Below are positions 1-9,857 of a stretch of DNA of 64,000 nt, in pieces. The stretch's first letter is position 1. Every line of letters begins with the position of its first letter. This DNA is from Vulcanimicrobiota bacterium (GTDB taxonomy: Bacteria; Vulcanimicrobiota; Vulcanimicrobiia; Vulcanimicrobiales; Vulcanimicrobiaceae): contig OY970223.1 in NCBI GenBank assembly GCA_963714015.1, forward strand, positions 1,088,001 to 1,152,000. Reading direction: 5' to 3'. Under the pieces are notes generated by a model that was not told where the DNA came from, did no database searches, and saw nothing but the letters and a program-made list of their open reading frames with translations. The translations under genes were made by a program, and so were the position numbers.

Positions 1-358
1 GCGAGAGCACTGCGAGCGCGCTGCCAATTAAAAAGATGCTTACGCACGCAACGTAGATCGGGCGCCGTCCGTAGCGGTCGGCTAGCGTGCTCATTACCGC
101 GATGCCGGCGATGTTGACGAGCAAGTACAGCGTAAAAACCCACGACAGATCGCCGATTGCGACGCTGAACTGTTTGCCGAGGGCCGGCAGGGCAGGCGAA
201 AGTACGCTGAGATCGAGCGCGCCCAAAAAGACGCCCAGTCCGAGCGTCAGCAGCAGCGGCAGCACCGAACGGTCCAGCCGGTGTCCTGCGATCGTTGCGG
301 TTTGCGTGCCGGCAGCCTCGTCTATAAGAGAAACCGGTCGAGCACCATGAACGCGCAT
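1..358 (-). CDS. MFS transporter (DHA2/EmrB-QacA-like), runs off the window edge
   Basis: Manual translation: ...LLTLGLGVFLGALDLSVLSPALPAL...WVFTLYLL...TLADRYGRRPIY (MFS motif A). In-frame ATG at 358, start uncertain. Confidence 0.8.
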   Translation of the reverse strand, partial: MRVHGARPVSLIDEAAGTQTATIAGHRLDRSVLPLLLTLGLGVFLGALDLSVLSPALPALGKQFSVAIGDLSWVFTLYLLVNIAGIAVMSTLADRYGRRPIYVACVSIFLIGSALAVLS

Positions 359-1260
359 ATCGCCGCTAGATAGAAGAGCGAGTACAGAAACGCCGATCGG
401 GCGGCTTGGCGTTCCGATCCTGCGCGCGTGTCGGGCGTTTTGAGCAGCCGCACCACGTCACGAACGAAAAACAGGCCCAAAACTGCTGCGGCCGCCGCGT
501 AGAGCGCTCCCATGACGTGCAGCGGATACCAGAGCACCAGCGACCCTGCAACCAGCAGCAGCGTGTAGACCAAAATCTCTATCTTCGTCCGGCGCACGCC
601 CAGAACGTTCGGCAGCATGGGAACCCCGGCGCGCTCGTAATCCGTGTCGGTCATCAGCGCAAGCGACCAGAAATGCGGCGGCGTCCACAAAAAGATGATT
701 GCGAAAAGTCCGACGGCCGGCCATCCGACGTGGTTCGTCACCGCGGCCCACCCGACGAGCGGCGGAATCGATCCCGCAGCGCCGCCGATGACGATGTTTT
801 GCGGCGTTCTGCGCTTGAGGAGCATTGTGTATAGTGCGACGTAGTAGACGTTTCCGCTCAAGGAAAGCCACGCCGCCAGATGGTTGACGCGCAGATAGAA
901 GATCGCGAAGGAGATTACGCCCATGACGCACGCGTGCGTAGTCGCCGCGAAGATCGTGATACGTCCGGAGGGAATCGGCCGCGAGGCCGTTCGCTTCATC
1001 AGACGGTCGATATCGGCGTCGTAGACGCAATTCAGCGTTCCGGCAGACATCGCCGCCAGGGCTCCGCCCAGAATCGTCCACAACAGCACCGGCGCTGAAG
1101 GAAGCCCGCGCGCCGCCATGATCATCGCCGCGACCGTGGTGACCAGAAGAAGATACATGATCCGCGGCTTGCCGAGATCGTAGTAGTCGAGGGCTTTTCC
1201 CACAAGTCCCGCAGCTCGCGTCTGGGTTACGCCCGCAACGCGCGCAAGCGCAGCGTTCAT
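322..1260 (-). CDS. ctaB: Protoheme IX farnesyltransferase (heme O synthase)
   Basis: KPRI, NCVYDADIDRLMKRTASRPIPSG, WTPPHFWSLA and DYERAGVPMLP motifs. Confidence 0.95.
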   Translation of the reverse strand: MNAALARVAGVTQTRAAGLVGKALDYYDLGKPRIMYLLLVTTVAAMIMAARGLPSAPVLLWTILGGALAAMSAGTLNCVYDADIDRLMKRTASRPIPSGRITIFAATTHACVMGVISFAIFYLRVNHLAAWLSLSGNVYYVALYTMLLKRRTPQNIVIGGAAGSIPPLVGWAAVTNHVGWPAVGLFAIIFLWTPPHFWSLALMTDTDYERAGVPMLPNVLGVRRTKIEILVYTLLLVAGSLVLWYPLHVMGALYAAAAAVLGLFFVRDVVRLLKTPDTRAGSERQAARSAFLYSLFYLAAICAFMVLDRFLL

Positions 1261-2162
1261 CGCGCAGATACCCCTTGGGTGATGGAGGTGCGTCCCGAAA
1301 CTCGTGCGATTTCGAGCGCGCTCGCGACAACGAACGAAAGAAACACGAGCGCAGCGTTCGCCGCATGAGCTTCACGCAGATCGATCGGAAGACGCAGCGC
1401 TACGTTAAGCAGACCCAGGAGAACCTGAACGAACAGCAGCGCCAAACCTGCGCTGGCCGCAATCCGAACGTTGCGCGGCGCCTCCAGCGCCCAAACGATG
1501 GTGAACGCCAGGACGCCGGTCAGGAGCGCTGCCGCTGCAACGAAGCGATGGAGCATTTGAACATACTGTCCCGCCGTATATACCACGACATTGCCGGCAC
1601 AACCCGGAACCTGGAGGCAGGCGAGGCCCGCACCACTGGAACTGACGTACGCGCCTATGCACATCGTGACGAATGTCATAAAAGTTGCGGCAAATAGAGC
1701 TGCCAGCACGATACCGTTTCCGCGCGAACCGGCGGCGGGAGCCGCCAGCGAAAATACGGCCATTGCCGCGAGGGACGCGACGAACGCCATTGCCGTTCCC
1801 CAATGCCAAACGACGGAGAGCGGACTATTCGAAAGATGTACGGTGGCAGCACCGAGGAAAACTTGAAAAGCGAACAGCGCGGCAACGATGGAAGCGATCG
1901 GTGTGACGAAACGCGCGCGGCTGCGCCGGCGCCAGGCGGCTATCAGCAGTGCGACGACCAGAATGGAGAGGAGCGCAGCGGTCAACCGATGCGTCCATTC
2001 CCAGACCGTGCCGCCGCCCATGGAGGGAATGAATTCGCCGTGGCACAGCGGATAGTCCGGACACGTCATGCCTGCTCCGTTGATTCGGGTCCAACTGCCC
2101 AGCATGACTTCGCCGTAAGCGACGGCTACCGCCGCGAGGCTGAGGCGCGCAAGAGTCCTCAC
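1257..2162 (-). CDS. ctaA: Heme A synthase (COX15/CtaA)
   Basis: GMTCPDYPLCHG, EWTHR, GLAC...PGC, QMLHR, EAHAANA; 4-nt overlap with ctaB. Confidence 0.9.
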   Translation of the reverse strand: MRTLARLSLAAVAVAYGEVMLGSWTRINGAGMTCPDYPLCHGEFIPSMGGGTVWEWTHRLTAALLSILVVALLIAAWRRRSRARFVTPIASIVAALFAFQVFLGAATVHLSNSPLSVVWHWGTAMAFVASLAAMAVFSLAAPAAGSRGNGIVLAALFAATFMTFVTMCIGAYVSSSGAGLACLQVPGCAGNVVVYTAGQYVQMLHRFVAAAALLTGVLAFTIVWALEAPRNVRIAASAGLALLFVQVLLGLLNVALRLPIDLREAHAANAALVFLSFVVASALEIARVSGRTSITQGVSAR

Positions 2163-2224
2163 TAGACGTTCAGTCTATCGGAAGGCGCCCGTCCGGACAA
2201 TGATTTTGTCGGCCGGCGCCATTC

Positions 2225-2899
2225 TCAGCATCCGCTGAAGGCAGCGTCGGCGTGAGACGCGGCGGTGTCCTCGTCGCGAATGATGGCCGGGAAGCGGGCC
2301 TGGAAATCCTTGGCGGCGTTTTGCGCGTACGCAGTCGCCGTATACTTGCTGCGCAGCGCGGGCGGCGCGTACGGATCCGGCGCGAAGAAGTCGTTGTCCA
2401 TCGGACTTCCCGCCTCGCTCAGGCCGCGATTGTCGAGGTAATCGACGTAGGCAAGATAGCCGTCGAAGTCGCGCGCCATTTTTAGCTGCCGTCCGATTGC
2501 CCCGCCCAGGGCGTCCGCGAATGCTTTCAGCTCCTTTGCTTCTTGCGGGTCGCCGGATTTTGCGGCGAGCGCGCGAAGCGCCGCGATTTCGTTTTGGCCG
2601 CTGGCCGACTGCTTGTGAAGCGACGATGCGAGGTCGCGCAAAACCGCGAGACCCGCGTTGCGGTGTATGAGGCTGCCGTCGTCTAAATTCACCATGCGCA
2701 GTTGCGTAATGCTTTGGGAGATCACTTCGTTGTCTTCAAGCGTGAACGTGATGGCGTCGTTGGCGTGCGTGACGATCTGAGCGCAACGCGCCGAGGCGCG
2801 AACGTTTGCAATCGTTTTCAGCGGGGCAGACGCTACAGGAGATGGCGAAGGCGACGGGCTTGCCGACGCAAGCGCTGCGAGCAAGATATGCGCGAACAT
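2225..2899 (-). CDS. Hypothetical secreted protein
   Basis: Signal-like N-terminus, SPSPSP linker, helical body, Cys near both ends. Confidence 0.7.
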   Translation of the reverse strand: MFAHILLAALASASPSPSPSPVASAPLKTIANVRASARCAQIVTHANDAITFTLEDNEVISQSITQLRMVNLDDGSLIHRNAGLAVLRDLASSLHKQSASGQNEIAALRALAAKSGDPQEAKELKAFADALGGAIGRQLKMARDFDGYLAYVDYLDNRGLSEAGSPMDNDFFAPDPYAPPALRSKYTATAYAQNAAKDFQARFPAIIRDEDTAASHADAAFSGC

Positions 2900-2917
2900 A
2901 CGCGAAACGGCTTGCGC

Positions 2918-3352
2918 GTGAAGCGCCTCTGGCCCCTGCTAGCTTTGGTCCTTGTCACGGGCTGCCGGGACGTTCGCGTGAAGACGCTGGCCATCGGGGA
3001 CACCGCTGTTCTCGGCGGCGGAAATGAAATCGTCATCGTCCGCGATGACCCCTCGCTCGAGAAACTGGGGATTCGGGCGCCCGTCCGCTACCGCAACGAG
3101 TTCGGCGTCGTGCTTTTAATGGGTCCGTACGATCGGAGCGGGTACCGGCAGATCATCGAGTCCATCCGCGCGAACCCCGACGGAGTACGCGTGGTCGCAT
3201 TCGAAGAGTCCCCCGCAAATGGGGGAGAACCTTCCGACAAATATCGTACGTATACGCTTTGGATTGTCCCAAACTCGGTCTATCGGCGGGGGATAAAGGT
3301 ACAAGTCGTAACGCCGTCCGATACCCCGGTTGCTTCGACGGTACTGCCTTGA
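2918..3352 (+). CDS. Hypothetical lipoprotein (possible PrcB C-terminal-like domain)
   Basis: GTG start, lipobox-like VTGC, MGPYDRSGY..IESI segment. Confidence 0.65.
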   Translation: MKRLWPLLALVLVTGCRDVRVKTLAIGDTAVLGGGNEIVIVRDDPSLEKLGIRAPVRYRNEFGVVLLMGPYDRSGYRQIIESIRANPDGVRVVAFEESPANGGEPSDKYRTYTLWIVPNSVYRRGIKVQVVTPSDTPVASTVLP

Positions 3353-3415
3353 ATCGGGGTACGAGCGTTTTCGAAGGTCTAAGGCTTTACGCAGGTATGT
3401 CGATACTCTAGAGGT

Positions 3416-4519
3416 TTGATGCTGGCACACGACACGATCGAATCCGAGTTTCAAGTCCGGCGGCTGGGTTTGGCCCTCGAGCCGAATGGAACCGCATCGG
3501 AAGCCGAAGGCACGCTGAATCCCGCAAGTGCTCGCGCCCGCAGCGGCGAGTTGATCGTCTACCCCCGCGATGTTGCGCGCGGAAACATTTCCCGTGTCGG
3601 TTTGGTCCGTGGCGTACCCAGAGGCGACGGCTTTACGTTCGAGCGAGAAGGCTTTGCGCTCGAGCCCGACGCCCCTTACGAGCTTCGGACGCATCCCGGT
3701 TACGGTTGCGAGGATCCGCGAGTGACGTTCGTTCCGGTTCTCGATTCTTACGTCATGGCGTACACGGCCTTCGGTCCGCAAGGTCCGCGCATCGCGGTCG
3801 CAATATCGGAAGACGCGATCGCCTGGAAGCGCGTCGGATTACTGCACTTCGATAAACCGGGCATGCACATCGGCGACGACAAAGACGCCGCCTTCTTTCC
3901 GGAACCGGTCACCTCGCCGTCCGGCGTGAAGTCGCTGGCACTCTACCATCGCCCGATGCTTCACCTTTCAGCCGTCGACGGCCGCGCGGCTATTCCGATG
4001 ATCGAACGAATGCCGTTCGCCGATCGTGAATCGATCCGCATGGCGTACATTCCGCTCGAGCCCGTGCTCGACGACGTCGAGAAAATTTTGGACGTGGCCG
4101 AAAGCGTACTCGTCATGTCGCCGGACGCCCATTGGGGTTCGCTCAAACTTGGCGCGGGCACGCCTCCGGTGCGAATCGCAGAAGGATGGATGTCGCTCTT
4201 TCACGCCGTCGACGTCATCGACCACGGCGTGAGTAAACCGAAGCTGCGCTATAGCGCCGGCATGATGATTCATGACTACGATGAGCCGCACCGCATCGTG
4301 TACCGTTCGCCGGTACCGCTGTTGTCGCCGCAGTCCGACGCAGAGTTGCGCGGCATCGTAGACAACGTCGTTTTTCCAACAGCGATCGATCCGCGCCCCG
4401 ATCTCGGGCCGCGCACGTTTGATTTCTATTACGGCATGGCCGACTGGTCCATCGGCGCCGCACGCCTTACATTGGGCGATGACGGCGGATCGGGCAAACC
4501 AGCCGAAACAGCTGCTTAG
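3416..4519 (+). CDS. GH130-family glycosidase/mannoside phosphorylase
   Basis: LNP, GCEDPRV, YVMAYTAF, DKDAAFFPE, YHRP, KLGAGTPP, NVVFP motifs. Confidence 0.85.
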   Translation: MMLAHDTIESEFQVRRLGLALEPNGTASEAEGTLNPASARARSGELIVYPRDVARGNISRVGLVRGVPRGDGFTFEREGFALEPDAPYELRTHPGYGCEDPRVTFVPVLDSYVMAYTAFGPQGPRIAVAISEDAIAWKRVGLLHFDKPGMHIGDDKDAAFFPEPVTSPSGVKSLALYHRPMLHLSAVDGRAAIPMIERMPFADRESIRMAYIPLEPVLDDVEKILDVAESVLVMSPDAHWGSLKLGAGTPPVRIAEGWMSLFHAVDVIDHGVSKPKLRYSAGMMIHDYDEPHRIVYRSPVPLLSPQSDAELRGIVDNVVFPTAIDPRPDLGPRTFDFYYGMADWSIGAARLTLGDDGGSGKPAETAA

Positions 4520-5021
4520 ATATCTCCTGATTGCGACGGTGCTCGTCGTGAGCGCCGTCGTAATCGTAGCGGGTTACGCCAATCGCGAACGGCTCGCCCT
4601 GAAGATCAAGTCCGTGTACGCCCCCGCAGCGCCGAAACCGGTATCTCCGGGCCTGCAAACACGCCGTGCCGACAGCGCGTTCATTGCCGACGCGCGATGG
4701 GCGTTCTCGGCGCTTCCCGAGTGTTTCACGCAGCAGAGCCGCACGACCGGCCCGGGCGCATACGTGCTGCCGCATCTGCCCAAAGACGCGCGCCGCGTTG
4801 CGCAGGGTTCGACGATATTTGCGGGCGACTGCCGCGCGTTCGTGCACGGGTCGGACGTTTGGGTTTGGCGCGGCAAGGATCGCCTGCGCATTCCGCCCCC
4901 GGCGAGGCTTTACGAGTCCGGTTCCGGTCATAACCGGATGCTCGAACTGCTGCAAGGACCCCCGAACGCTCTGGATTTGCGAGTGTATTCGCTCTCACCC
5001 GCGAATGGGCCGTCTACGTGA
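4479..5021 (+). CDS. Hypothetical membrane-anchored protein
   Basis: N-terminal TM helix; GTGA overlap with prfC. Confidence 0.6.
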   Translation: MTADRANQPKQLLRYLLIATVLVVSAVVIVAGYANRERLALKIKSVYAPAAPKPVSPGLQTRRADSAFIADARWAFSALPECFTQQSRTTGPGAYVLPHLPKDARRVAQGSTIFAGDCRAFVHGSDVWVWRGKDRLRIPPPARLYESGSGHNRMLELLQGPPNALDLRVYSLSPANGPST

Positions 5022-6652
5022 CTCCGATTGAAGAAGAAGTCCGCAAGCGGCGGACGTTTGCGATCATCTCCCATCCCGACGCCGGAAAGACGACGCTCAC
5101 CGAAAAGCTGTTGCTCTACGGCGGCGCAATTCAGACGGCCGGTCAGGTTTCGGCGCGCCGGGCGCAGCGCGCCGCGACGAGCGATTGGATGGAACTGGAG
5201 AAGCAACGCGGCATTTCCATCACCTCGACCGTGCTGCAGTTTCCGTACGGCGGCTACACGATCAACTTGCTCGACACGCCCGGACACCAAGACTTCGGCG
5301 AGGACACGTATCGCACGCTGCTTGCCGCCGACAGCGCAGTGATGCTCATCGACGCGGCCAAAGGCGTGGAACCGCAGACGAAAAAGCTCTTTGCAATCTG
5401 CCGCGCGCGCCGCATACCGCTCTTCACCTTCATCAACAAGATGGATCGGCCCAGCCGCGATCCGTTGGAGTTGCTCGACGAGCTGGAAAACGTGCTCGGC
5501 ATCGGCGCGTTTCCAATGAACTGGCCGCTTGGAAATGGGTCCTCGTTCAAGGGCGTATACGATCGCGCTGCGCGTGAGGTGCACCTTTTCGAGCGCAGCG
5601 CTCACGGTGCCAAGCGGGCTCACGTGCAAGTTGCGGACGTGAACGATCCGCAGATCCGCGAGCTTTTGGACGAGCACTCCTTTTCCGAGTTTCGCGACGG
5701 TTTGGAGTTGCTCGAAGGGGCAGGAGCCCGGTTCGATCTTGAAGCGATGCTGCACGGCGACGTGACGCCGGTGTTCTTCGGGAGCGCCGTCACGAACTTC
5801 GGAGTGCAAAACTTCCTGGATTCCTTCGTGAAGCTTTGTCCTGCACCGGCGGCGCGCCTCTCCGATAAAGGAGCGGTCGATCCGGCGTCGGAGCAGTTCT
5901 CGGGATTCGTCTTCAAAATTCAGGCGAACATGGATCCGCGCCATCGCGATCGCGTGGCGTTCGTGCGCGTGTGCTCCGGCAAATTCGAACGCGACATGAC
6001 GGTGCGCAACGCGCGCACCGGAAGAGAAGTGCGACTATCAAGGGCGATGCGGCTGTTCGCAAGCGAACGCGAGTCGCTGGACGCCGCATATGCCGGCGAC
6101 GTGGTTGGTTTGGCTAACCCGGGCGTCTTTGCGATTGGGGACACACTTTCGGACGGGCCGGCTCTGCAGTTCGAGCCGATGCCGTCTTTTTCGCCGGAAC
6201 ATTTTGCCTCTTTGCGCAGTATCGATACTTCGAGTTACAAATCGTTCGGGAAAGGAATCGCACAGCTGAGGGAAGAGGGCGCTATTCAGGTGATGTATCC
6301 GTTCGGCTCGATGCGGACCGAACCCATTTTGGCGGCGGTCGGTGAGTTGCAGTTCGAGGTCGCTAAGTACCGGCTGGAATCCGAGTACAACGTAAAGACC
6401 GTCTTCTCGGCGCTTCCATACGCAGTGGCGCGGCGAGTGACCGGCGACTCAGCCGAAATCGCTCGCGCGCAGCTGCCGACGAACGCCAAGCTGGTCGAAG
6501 ATTGGGACGGACATCCGGTCGCGCTCTTCGAATCGGAATGGAGCCTGCGGCTGGCCGAGGAGTGGAATCCTGAGCTGAGTTTCGTATCCTTTACCGCAAT
6601 CGTCGAGAGGCAAAATGAAGAGATTTTTCGCGCTCGCGCCGGCGGCGCTTAG
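5018..6652 (+). CDS. prfC: Peptide chain release factor 3
   Basis: RRTFAIISHPDAGKTTLTEK, RGISITS, DTPGHQDF, NKMD, FKIQANMDPRHRDR. Confidence 0.97.
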   Translation: MTPIEEEVRKRRTFAIISHPDAGKTTLTEKLLLYGGAIQTAGQVSARRAQRAATSDWMELEKQRGISITSTVLQFPYGGYTINLLDTPGHQDFGEDTYRTLLAADSAVMLIDAAKGVEPQTKKLFAICRARRIPLFTFINKMDRPSRDPLELLDELENVLGIGAFPMNWPLGNGSSFKGVYDRAAREVHLFERSAHGAKRAHVQVADVNDPQIRELLDEHSFSEFRDGLELLEGAGARFDLEAMLHGDVTPVFFGSAVTNFGVQNFLDSFVKLCPAPAARLSDKGAVDPASEQFSGFVFKIQANMDPRHRDRVAFVRVCSGKFERDMTVRNARTGREVRLSRAMRLFASERESLDAAYAGDVVGLANPGVFAIGDTLSDGPALQFEPMPSFSPEHFASLRSIDTSSYKSFGKGIAQLREEGAIQVMYPFGSMRTEPILAAVGELQFEVAKYRLESEYNVKTVFSALPYAVARRVTGDSAEIARAQLPTNAKLVEDWDGHPVALFESEWSLRLAEEWNPELSFVSFTAIVERQNEEIFRARAGGA

Positions 6653-6995
6653 TTTTGCGGCCGCGCTCAGCCTGACTGCGTGCGCCGGCAATCCAAATCA
6701 AGGCGAGGCGGATAAAATTACGCGCGCCGTCATCAACAACGACATGTCGCCCGTCATGAACGACATCGCGCCGTCGATCAAAGGCGAAATCACGCGGGTG
6801 CGCATTGCGGAAATCTCGGACGAGCTCAACGATCAGGGGGCTTACCAAGGGCTCAAAGAAGACCCGTCATGGTGCAATCCGGGCTTCCATTGTTTCGACG
6901 TACAGTTTGCCAAGCGCCCCTACTACGAAAAGATGAAGATCGACTCCGGCGGAAAGGTCGAGTACTGGTGGATACGCGCAACCAAACCGCAGTAG
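6615..6995 (+). CDS. Hypothetical lipoprotein
   Basis: Signal peptide with LTAC lipobox. Confidence 0.7.
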   Translation: MKRFFALAPAALSFAAALSLTACAGNPNQGEADKITRAVINNDMSPVMNDIAPSIKGEITRVRIAEISDELNDQGAYQGLKEDPSWCNPGFHCFDVQFAKRPYYEKMKIDSGGKVEYWWIRATKPQ

Positions 6996-7942
6996 GCATC
7001 GACGACGTTCGCGCCGCTGCGCGAAGGCTCCACGGGATCGTTCATAAGACGCCCGTCCTAAGTTCACGCACGCTGGACGAGTTGACCGGCGGACGCGTTT
7101 TTCTGAAATGCGAGAACTTTCAGCGTATGGGCGCGTTCAAAGTGCGCGGCGCATACAACCGGATGGTGCAACTGGCGGAACGCGAGCGCAGCGGCGGCGT
7201 TGTAGCCTTCTCGAGCGGAAATCACGCTCAAGGCGTCGCACTGGCGGGCCGGCTACTGAACATACCCGCAATTATCGTAATGCCGTCGGATGCGCCCTCG
7301 TCCAAAATTGAGGCGACGCAAGGCTACGGCGCCGAGATCGTGTTTTACGATCGGAACCGCTCGCACCGCACCGAAATCGCGCAGCGCATCTGCATGGAAC
7401 GTGGAGCGACGCTCGTTCCGCCGTTCGACGACCCGCATATCATCGCGGGCGCGGGAACGGCCGCACTCGAGCTGCTTCAAGAAGTTGACGCGCTCGACGT
7501 CGTGGCAACGCCGGTGGGCGGGGGCGGATTGCTCTCGGGAACTTCAATCGCCGTCCACGCCGCGAATCCCGGCATCGCGGTCTACGGCGTGGAGCCCCAG
7601 GCCGGCAACGACGTGCAGCGTTCACTCGAAGAAGGCAAGATCGTACACACGGACGTGCCTCAGACGATCGCCGACGGACTGCAGACGCAGGCTCCCGGCG
7701 AGTTGACGTTTCCGATCATCCGCGATCACGTGACCGCTATCGTAACGGTCACCGACGATCAGCTCGTTCAAGCGATGCGCTTTGCGTTCGAGCGAATGAA
7801 GCTCGTTATCGAACCCAGCGGAGCCGCCGCTCTTGCGGCCGTCATGAACGGCATCATCGACGTACGCGGAAAAACGGCAGGCCTGATCGTGAGCGGCGGA
7901 AACGTCGACGCGCAGCGCTTCAGCCGGCTGCTCAGCTCCTGA
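6968..7942 (+). CDS. PLP-dependent Ser/Thr dehydratase family (threo-3-hydroxyaspartate ammonia-lyase-like)
   Basis: KCENFQRMGAFKVRGA, SSGNHAQG, PVGGGGL, IEPSGA, SGGNVD. Confidence 0.9.
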   Translation: MDTRNQTAVGIDDVRAAARRLHGIVHKTPVLSSRTLDELTGGRVFLKCENFQRMGAFKVRGAYNRMVQLAERERSGGVVAFSSGNHAQGVALAGRLLNIPAIIVMPSDAPSSKIEATQGYGAEIVFYDRNRSHRTEIAQRICMERGATLVPPFDDPHIIAGAGTAALELLQEVDALDVVATPVGGGGLLSGTSIAVHAANPGIAVYGVEPQAGNDVQRSLEEGKIVHTDVPQTIADGLQTQAPGELTFPIIRDHVTAIVTVTDDQLVQAMRFAFERMKLVIEPSGAAALAAVMNGIIDVRGKTAGLIVSGGNVDAQRFSRLLSS

Positions 7943-7943
7943 C

Positions 7944-9192
7944 GTGCCCCAGAAAACGGGCGTCTTCGGCCGCAGGCACTGGATTCCGCCGGCGGCGCTC
8001 ATTTACGCACAGGCGGCGCACGGGTTTTCGTGGGCGCTGATTCTGCTTACGGCCTGGACGGGTAATTTCGGCAACGTTCTCTATGCGTTTGCATGGATCC
8101 ACACGGTCGCCCTGGGCTGGATAACGATGGCCGCGCTGGCAATTTTGGTTTTTGCGATTCCTCAGTTCACCGGCGTCGTTTGGCGTGGTGAAACGATCGC
8201 GCGTTGGTCTCTTGCGGCGTATGCAGTAGGCACAGCCGCTCTGATTTGGGGCTTCTTGAGCGATTCGCCGCTGATTGCCATAGCGGCGGGAATTATCGTT
8301 GCAGCGCTGCTGGCGTACCTTGCAACGGCGTTTGCCTCGCTATCGGCGGCATTCTTCTACGATTCGAGCAAACGCGTCGAGCGCGCCGTCGCGCGCGCGT
8401 TTGCCGGAACGCTGCTGTTTTTGCTGGCTACGGGCCTGCTCGGTTTCGGCCTTGCGTGGATGCTTGGAGGCGGCGCTATTCGCGGCGGCATCATTCCGTC
8501 GCCCGGCTCGCACGCCGCATTGGGGACGCTCGGCTGGCTTTCGCTGCTTATCTTCGGCGTGTCGATGCGTACGCTGCGCCCGATTAGCGGCGTGGCAACC
8601 CGTTTCCGAATGCTTCACATTGCCGTCGGCTCGCTGACGCTGATCGGAGTACCGCTGATCGCAGCCGGCGCCGGACTCAATTCAGCGGCTATCTCATGGA
8701 TCGGCGCCGCGCTCTTTGGCGTTGCGGCATTGACCTATGCTTTCGACGTCATAGACATCCTGCGGCGCGCCGTCGTGCGGCACCGTCCTCCGCAAGCATT
8801 CATCGGCGCCGCGATCGCGTGGTTTCTCACCGCGCTCGCTCTTGGTACGGGCGTTTTGCTGGGAAAACCGTGGCAGCCGGCTTATATCTTCGTTCTGCTC
8901 GCCGGATGGACCGGACAGATGGTGAACGGGCATTTCCACCACATCGGCGTGCGATTACTGGCGACGGTCTACCGCGGTGAAGACGACGAAACGCCGCCGG
9001 AAGATTTGCTCGAAACACGCCTTTCCTGGTATACGTTTGCCGCCATTCGAGCTGGGTGTGTTAATCGTGCTCGTCGCATTGCTGCGGGACGATGCCGCAC
9101 TCGCTGCGCGCGGAGCAATCTTCGGCCTCGGCGGGTGGATTGCGATGGTCGCGAACCTGCTCGCGGCCCGCACTCGTGCCGTAGCGGCTTAG
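7944..9192 (+). CDS. Polytopic membrane protein with His-containing helices (heme-copper-oxidase/NnrS-like), apparent +1 frameshift at about 9049
   Basis: About 12 TM segments, WIHTVALGW and HAALGTLGW repeats; C-terminus continues in ORF 8977..9192. Confidence 0.65.
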
Positions 9193-9764
9193 TCGCGCCC
9201 CATGCGGTAGAATTCGACGTTCGGCCGCATGTCCATGACTCCGGCCATGCGGTTGGAGAATCCGAAGAACGCGGCGATTGCGGCAATGTCCCAGATGTCG
9301 TCGTCGCCGAATCCCGCCAAATGCAGTTCGTCGATGTCGTGCTCGGTGGCGGCGAATCCGGGCTCGTTGACTTTCGAAGCGAATGCAAGCATGGAACGCA
9401 GCCGCATGGAGATGCCGGCGGTTCGCCAGTTGTTGGCTATCTGCTCGGCGGTAACGGCGTTCTTGCCGATCAGGCGCAGTGCCGCACCGTGGGCGACCAT
9501 GCAGTATTGACAGCGGTTTTCGGATGAAACGGCGACGACGATTGCTTCGCGTTCCGCCCGGCTCAGATTGCCGGGGCCTTTCATGAGGACGTCGTGGTAC
9601 GTCATGAACGCGCGAAAGTGCTCGGGCCTGCGCGCATATGCGCGAAAGACGTTAGGGACGAAACCGATCTTCGCTCGGTTCTGCTCGTAGATTTCGCGGA
9701 TGTCGTCGGGGAGTTCGCTTTCCGGCGGCTCCCCGAAGCGTGAAACCTGTAGACGGGTTTCCAA
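9189..9764 (-). CDS. AhpD/carboxymuconolactone decarboxylase family peroxidase-related enzyme
   Basis: GFVPNVF, EREAIVVAVSSENRCQYCMVAH, FFGFSNR. Confidence 0.9.
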   Translation of the reverse strand: METRLQVSRFGEPPESELPDDIREIYEQNRAKIGFVPNVFRAYARRPEHFRAFMTYHDVLMKGPGNLSRAEREAIVVAVSSENRCQYCMVAHGAALRLIGKNAVTAEQIANNWRTAGISMRLRSMLAFASKVNEPGFAATEHDIDELHLAGFGDDDIWDIAAIAAFFGFSNRMAGVMDMRPNVEFYRMGRD

Positions 9765-9857
9765 GAGCGACTACTTGCTGTTCCCGCAGGAGACGCAGAT
9801 CGCGATTTGTTTCAGGCTCTCGTGCACGTTGACGGCAGGGCTTGCCTGTCCCCTTTC

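Noticed and set aside
320..326. Non-canonical ATA start overlapping the ctaB stop
   Set aside because: An in-frame ATG exists at 358, so no unusual start is needed
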